From Thermodesulfobacteriota bacterium (lineage in GTDB: Bacteria > Desulfobacterota > Desulfobulbia > Desulfobulbales > SURF-16), in contig JBFMAY010000015.1 in NCBI GenBank assembly GCA_040755455.1, positions 1-64,000 on the forward strand: a stretch of 64,000 nt of DNA, in the 5' to 3' direction. Both the position numbers and the translations under genes were made by a program. Every line of letters starts with the position of its first letter. Position 1 is the first letter of the stretch. Below, piece after piece: positions 61,325 to 64,000 of this stretch. The notes under the pieces are model-generated. The model searched no databases and had not been told where the DNA came from. It saw nothing but the letters and a program-made list of their open reading frames with translations.

Positions 61325-62135
61325 TGTCGCCTTTTGGCAGGAAAGGCGGGGAATAATCCGTACCCGTAAAGGTGGCTGGATTCCCGGGGGAATCGTGCAT
61401 AATCACGGTTATTCCCTGGTTGACGATCTGATCGGCAAGGCCTCTTATTTCCAGGTGTTAATATTGAATGTGACAGGCCGTTTTCCTGAGCGTCGGCTGG
61501 CGGACTGGCTGGAGGCCCATTTTATTTGCCACAGCTATCCGGACGCCCGTATATGGTGCAACCACATCGGCAGTTTGGCCGGCACCATGCAAGCCAGCCC
61601 CGTCGCTGCCTCCTCTGCCGGTGTCTTGGCCTCTGACTCACGGATGTACGGGCCGGGAACGATACTTGCCTTTATTGATTTTATCACGGATGCAGTTGTG
61701 AAAAAGAGGAATGGGACATCGGCTGAGGAAATTGTGCGTCTCTGCCAGCGACGACCTGCGGCCAAGCCGACGATTTTGGGGTATGCCAGGCCTGTGGCGA
61801 ACGGTGATGAACGTATCCCGGCCATGGAACGTGTTACCCGGGAACTTGGTTTTGCCCGGGGAAAACATCTTGCCCTGGCCTTTGAAATTGATGAGGTAAT
61901 GCACCGGCAACATAACGAGAGAATGAATCTGTTAGCCTACAGTATTCCGTTTCTGTGTGATCAAGGTTTTTCCGCCAAAGAAATATACCGGCTATTAAGC
62001 GTTCTGGTATGTTCCGGAGTGCTTGCCTGTTATTCGGAGGCCGCCGACAATCCCCCCGAGTCTTTCTTTGCTCTGCAATGCTGCGATATCGACTACCAGG
62101 GGCCAAAGCCGCGTGAGGTTCCTTCCCTTGAATAA
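61299..62135 (+). CDS. Citrate synthase/citryl-CoA lyase-fold protein 2 (catalytic motifs degenerate)
   Basis: HGYSLVDDLIGK.SYFQVL....TGR.P, ILGYARP...DER, G..A...E, DI.Y.G...REVP; TTG start at 61299 is inferred. Confidence 0.65.
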   Translation: MNRKHEKDDVAFWQERRGIIRTRKGGWIPGGIVHNHGYSLVDDLIGKASYFQVLILNVTGRFPERRLADWLEAHFICHSYPDARIWCNHIGSLAGTMQASPVAASSAGVLASDSRMYGPGTILAFIDFITDAVVKKRNGTSAEEIVRLCQRRPAAKPTILGYARPVANGDERIPAMERVTRELGFARGKHLALAFEIDEVMHRQHNERMNLLAYSIPFLCDQGFSAKEIYRLLSVLVCSGVLACYSEAADNPPESFFALQCCDIDYQGPKPREVPSLE

Positions 62136-62241
62136 TTTTTTATAAGTCTCCCTCGTTAACTGTATTGTAAGCAAGTCGGGTGTTATATCAAAAAACGCGC
62201 TGGAGGATTTATTTTAACCAGCAGCGTAGGAGTATGTCCAT

Positions 62242-63945
62242 ATGAACACGGCGGAATTAATTGTCACTGCCCTGAGGCGCATGGGGATCAAATATATCTT
62301 CGGCATTCCCGGCGGGGCCATCGAAGATCTGAACACCGCTATCTTCAATGAGCCGGCAATTGTTTCCATCGTCACCAAGCATGAGGAAGGGGCAGCCTTC
62401 ATGGCTGACGGCTACGCCAGGGTGTCAGGAGAGCTGGGAGTCTGCTGCGCCACCTCCGGCCCCGGCGCTTCCAACCTGATCACCGGCCTGGCTTCGGCCT
62501 GCGCCGATTGCATTCCTGTGCTGGCTCTCACCGGCCAGGTGGCCACCTCGGTTTTCGGCAAGGGGGCTCTGCAAGAATCAGGGGATGAGGGGATGAATAT
62601 CGTTTCCGTCTTCAAAAACTTTACAAAATATTCGGGCATGCTGATCAGTGAACAGCGAGCCGAGTACATGCTCCGCAAGGCCATCCGGTCCGCCCTGTCC
62701 GGGCCGACCGGCCCGGTGCACTTGAATCTCCCCATCAATATGATGAATAAAAAAGTCGTCGAACAGGGCGAATGTTTTCTGCAGCGCGATATCCGCATGT
62801 TTGATGCGCAGGGCATCAAAGAGGCGGTCAAAAAACTGGTGGCGGCCACCCATCCGGTTATTGTCGCCGGCTGGGGGGTCAGCTTGTCAAAGGCCGCGTA
62901 TGAATTGCGGGAACTGGCCCAGCTTCTGCAGGTGCCGGTTGCCACCTCGCCCAAGGGCAAGGGGGTCTTTCCGGAAAATCATCCGCTTTCCCTCGGTGTG
63001 CTCGGCTTTGCCGGCAATCCCGCGGCCAAACAGTATATCATTGAAGAAGAGGTGGATGTGCTGCTGGCAGTGGGCACATCCTTCAATGAGATGATGACAG
63101 GCGGCTGGGATCAGAAACTGAAACCGACAGACAGTCTGATTCATATTGATATCAATCCCTGCACCATCGGCAAGAACTATTGCACGACCATCGGCCTTGA
63201 GGGTGATGCCCGCATGACTCTCAAGGAGTTGAGTAAGGCGGTGTTGGAAGAGCGCTCATGTCTGGGGATAAGGCCCCGCACCCGCCTGGCTGTCAAGGTG
63301 GCGGAATTAAAGAGCAAGGCTGCAACGACGGATGAGGTTCCGGTGTCCAGCAACGGATTATACCACCCCAGATGCCTGGTTGAAGACCTGCAGAAAAGCT
63401 GCCCGGAGGACACGATTTTTTTCGCCGACATGGGCTCCATCATGGCCTGGGCCACTCGCTATATGCGCTTTAAGATCCCCTACTGTTTCTACATGGGCAT
63501 GGGATTCGGTTCCATGGGGTACGCGGTGGCCGCGCCGGTCGGCGCGAAGCTGGCCAGACCGGATAGGCCGGTGGTGACCATGGTGGGAGACGGCAGTTTT
63601 CAGATGAACGGCTTTGAGGTGGCGACAGCGGTCAATTATGATATTCCCGTGGTCTGGGTGGTATTCAACAATGCCATGCTGGGCATGGTCTACCATGGCC
63701 GCCGTCTCTTCAGCACCCCGGTGCCGGACGGGCTGACCCCGCGCTTCAAGCGGATCGATTTCGCCCAGGTAGCTGAAGGATTGGGGGCCCGGGGGATCAG
63801 AGTGGAACAGCCCGGTGCCATTACCCCGGATTTCATGGCTGATGTGCTGCGGGCTGGCAGACCGACGGTGATTGATGTCTTGATCGACGAGGAGGCGGTG
63901 CCGCCCATTCATTCCAGGATCAAGACAGTGGCTCAGCAGGGTTGA
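62242..63945 (+). CDS. Thiamine-diphosphate-dependent enzyme (acetolactate synthase large subunit-like / carboligase)
   Basis: FGIPGG, KHEEGAAFMADGYAR, TSGPGASN, GDGSFQM...NN ThDP motif. Confidence 0.9.
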   Translation: MNTAELIVTALRRMGIKYIFGIPGGAIEDLNTAIFNEPAIVSIVTKHEEGAAFMADGYARVSGELGVCCATSGPGASNLITGLASACADCIPVLALTGQVATSVFGKGALQESGDEGMNIVSVFKNFTKYSGMLISEQRAEYMLRKAIRSALSGPTGPVHLNLPINMMNKKVVEQGECFLQRDIRMFDAQGIKEAVKKLVAATHPVIVAGWGVSLSKAAYELRELAQLLQVPVATSPKGKGVFPENHPLSLGVLGFAGNPAAKQYIIEEEVDVLLAVGTSFNEMMTGGWDQKLKPTDSLIHIDINPCTIGKNYCTTIGLEGDARMTLKELSKAVLEERSCLGIRPRTRLAVKVAELKSKAATTDEVPVSSNGLYHPRCLVEDLQKSCPEDTIFFADMGSIMAWATRYMRFKIPYCFYMGMGFGSMGYAVAAPVGAKLARPDRPVVTMVGDGSFQMNGFEVATAVNYDIPVVWVVFNNAMLGMVYHGRRLFSTPVPDGLTPRFKRIDFAQVAEGLGARGIRVEQPGAITPDFMADVLRAGRPTVIDVLIDEEAVPPIHSRIKTVAQQG

Positions 63946-64000
63946 CGGCTGTGGCGGGAGTTGCCGGTTCCCGCGTTGCGTATCAGGCGTTTACTCCACT

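Noticed and set aside
1..64000. tRNA (including selC), rRNA, CRISPR array, integrase or transposase
   Set aside because: None recognised by eye; a tRNAscan/Infernal run would be needed to exclude them formally

Overview
A 64-kb window from a GC-rich anaerobe. The gene content (multiheme cytochromes, sigma-54 promoters, tamB-tamA order, AOR) suggests Desulfobacterota/Deltaproteobacteria; this is inference. 0-8.5 kb: a decayed region of gene fragments (RND pump with an internal inversion, GH13, glgP, rhodanese, pqiC) around intact genes for a group-3 [NiFe]-hydrogenase pair, ferredoxin plus aldehyde:ferredoxin oxidoreductase, and glucokinase. It also holds ~85-bp inverted repeats and a MITE. 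Main finding: two ORFs that the ORF track separates (16331-16729 and 13364-16312, minus strand) are in frame across a single TGA followed by a SECIS-like hairpin. This predicts one secreted, 1121-aa, ~10-heme selenocysteine-containing cytochrome c with octaheme-tetrathionate-reductase (OTR)-like motif order and C-terminal PKD-like domains, under a sigma-54 promoter. A second, Cys-type OTR-like decaheme cytochrome lies at 31.7-33.8 kb. The rest contains a helicase, TauE transporter, PpiC, a two-component system, TamB/TamA, adenosine deaminase, transporters, duplicated SH3 genes flanking a VPLPG-CTERM gene, an RND efflux system, hemerythrin and kinases. At the right end is a TonB receptor, two degenerate citrate-synthase-fold genes and a ThDP enzyme, possibly a small-molecule biosynthesis/signalling locus that runs off the window. 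No rRNA, tRNA or CRISPR array was seen. All calls come from motif reading by eye; no searches were run.
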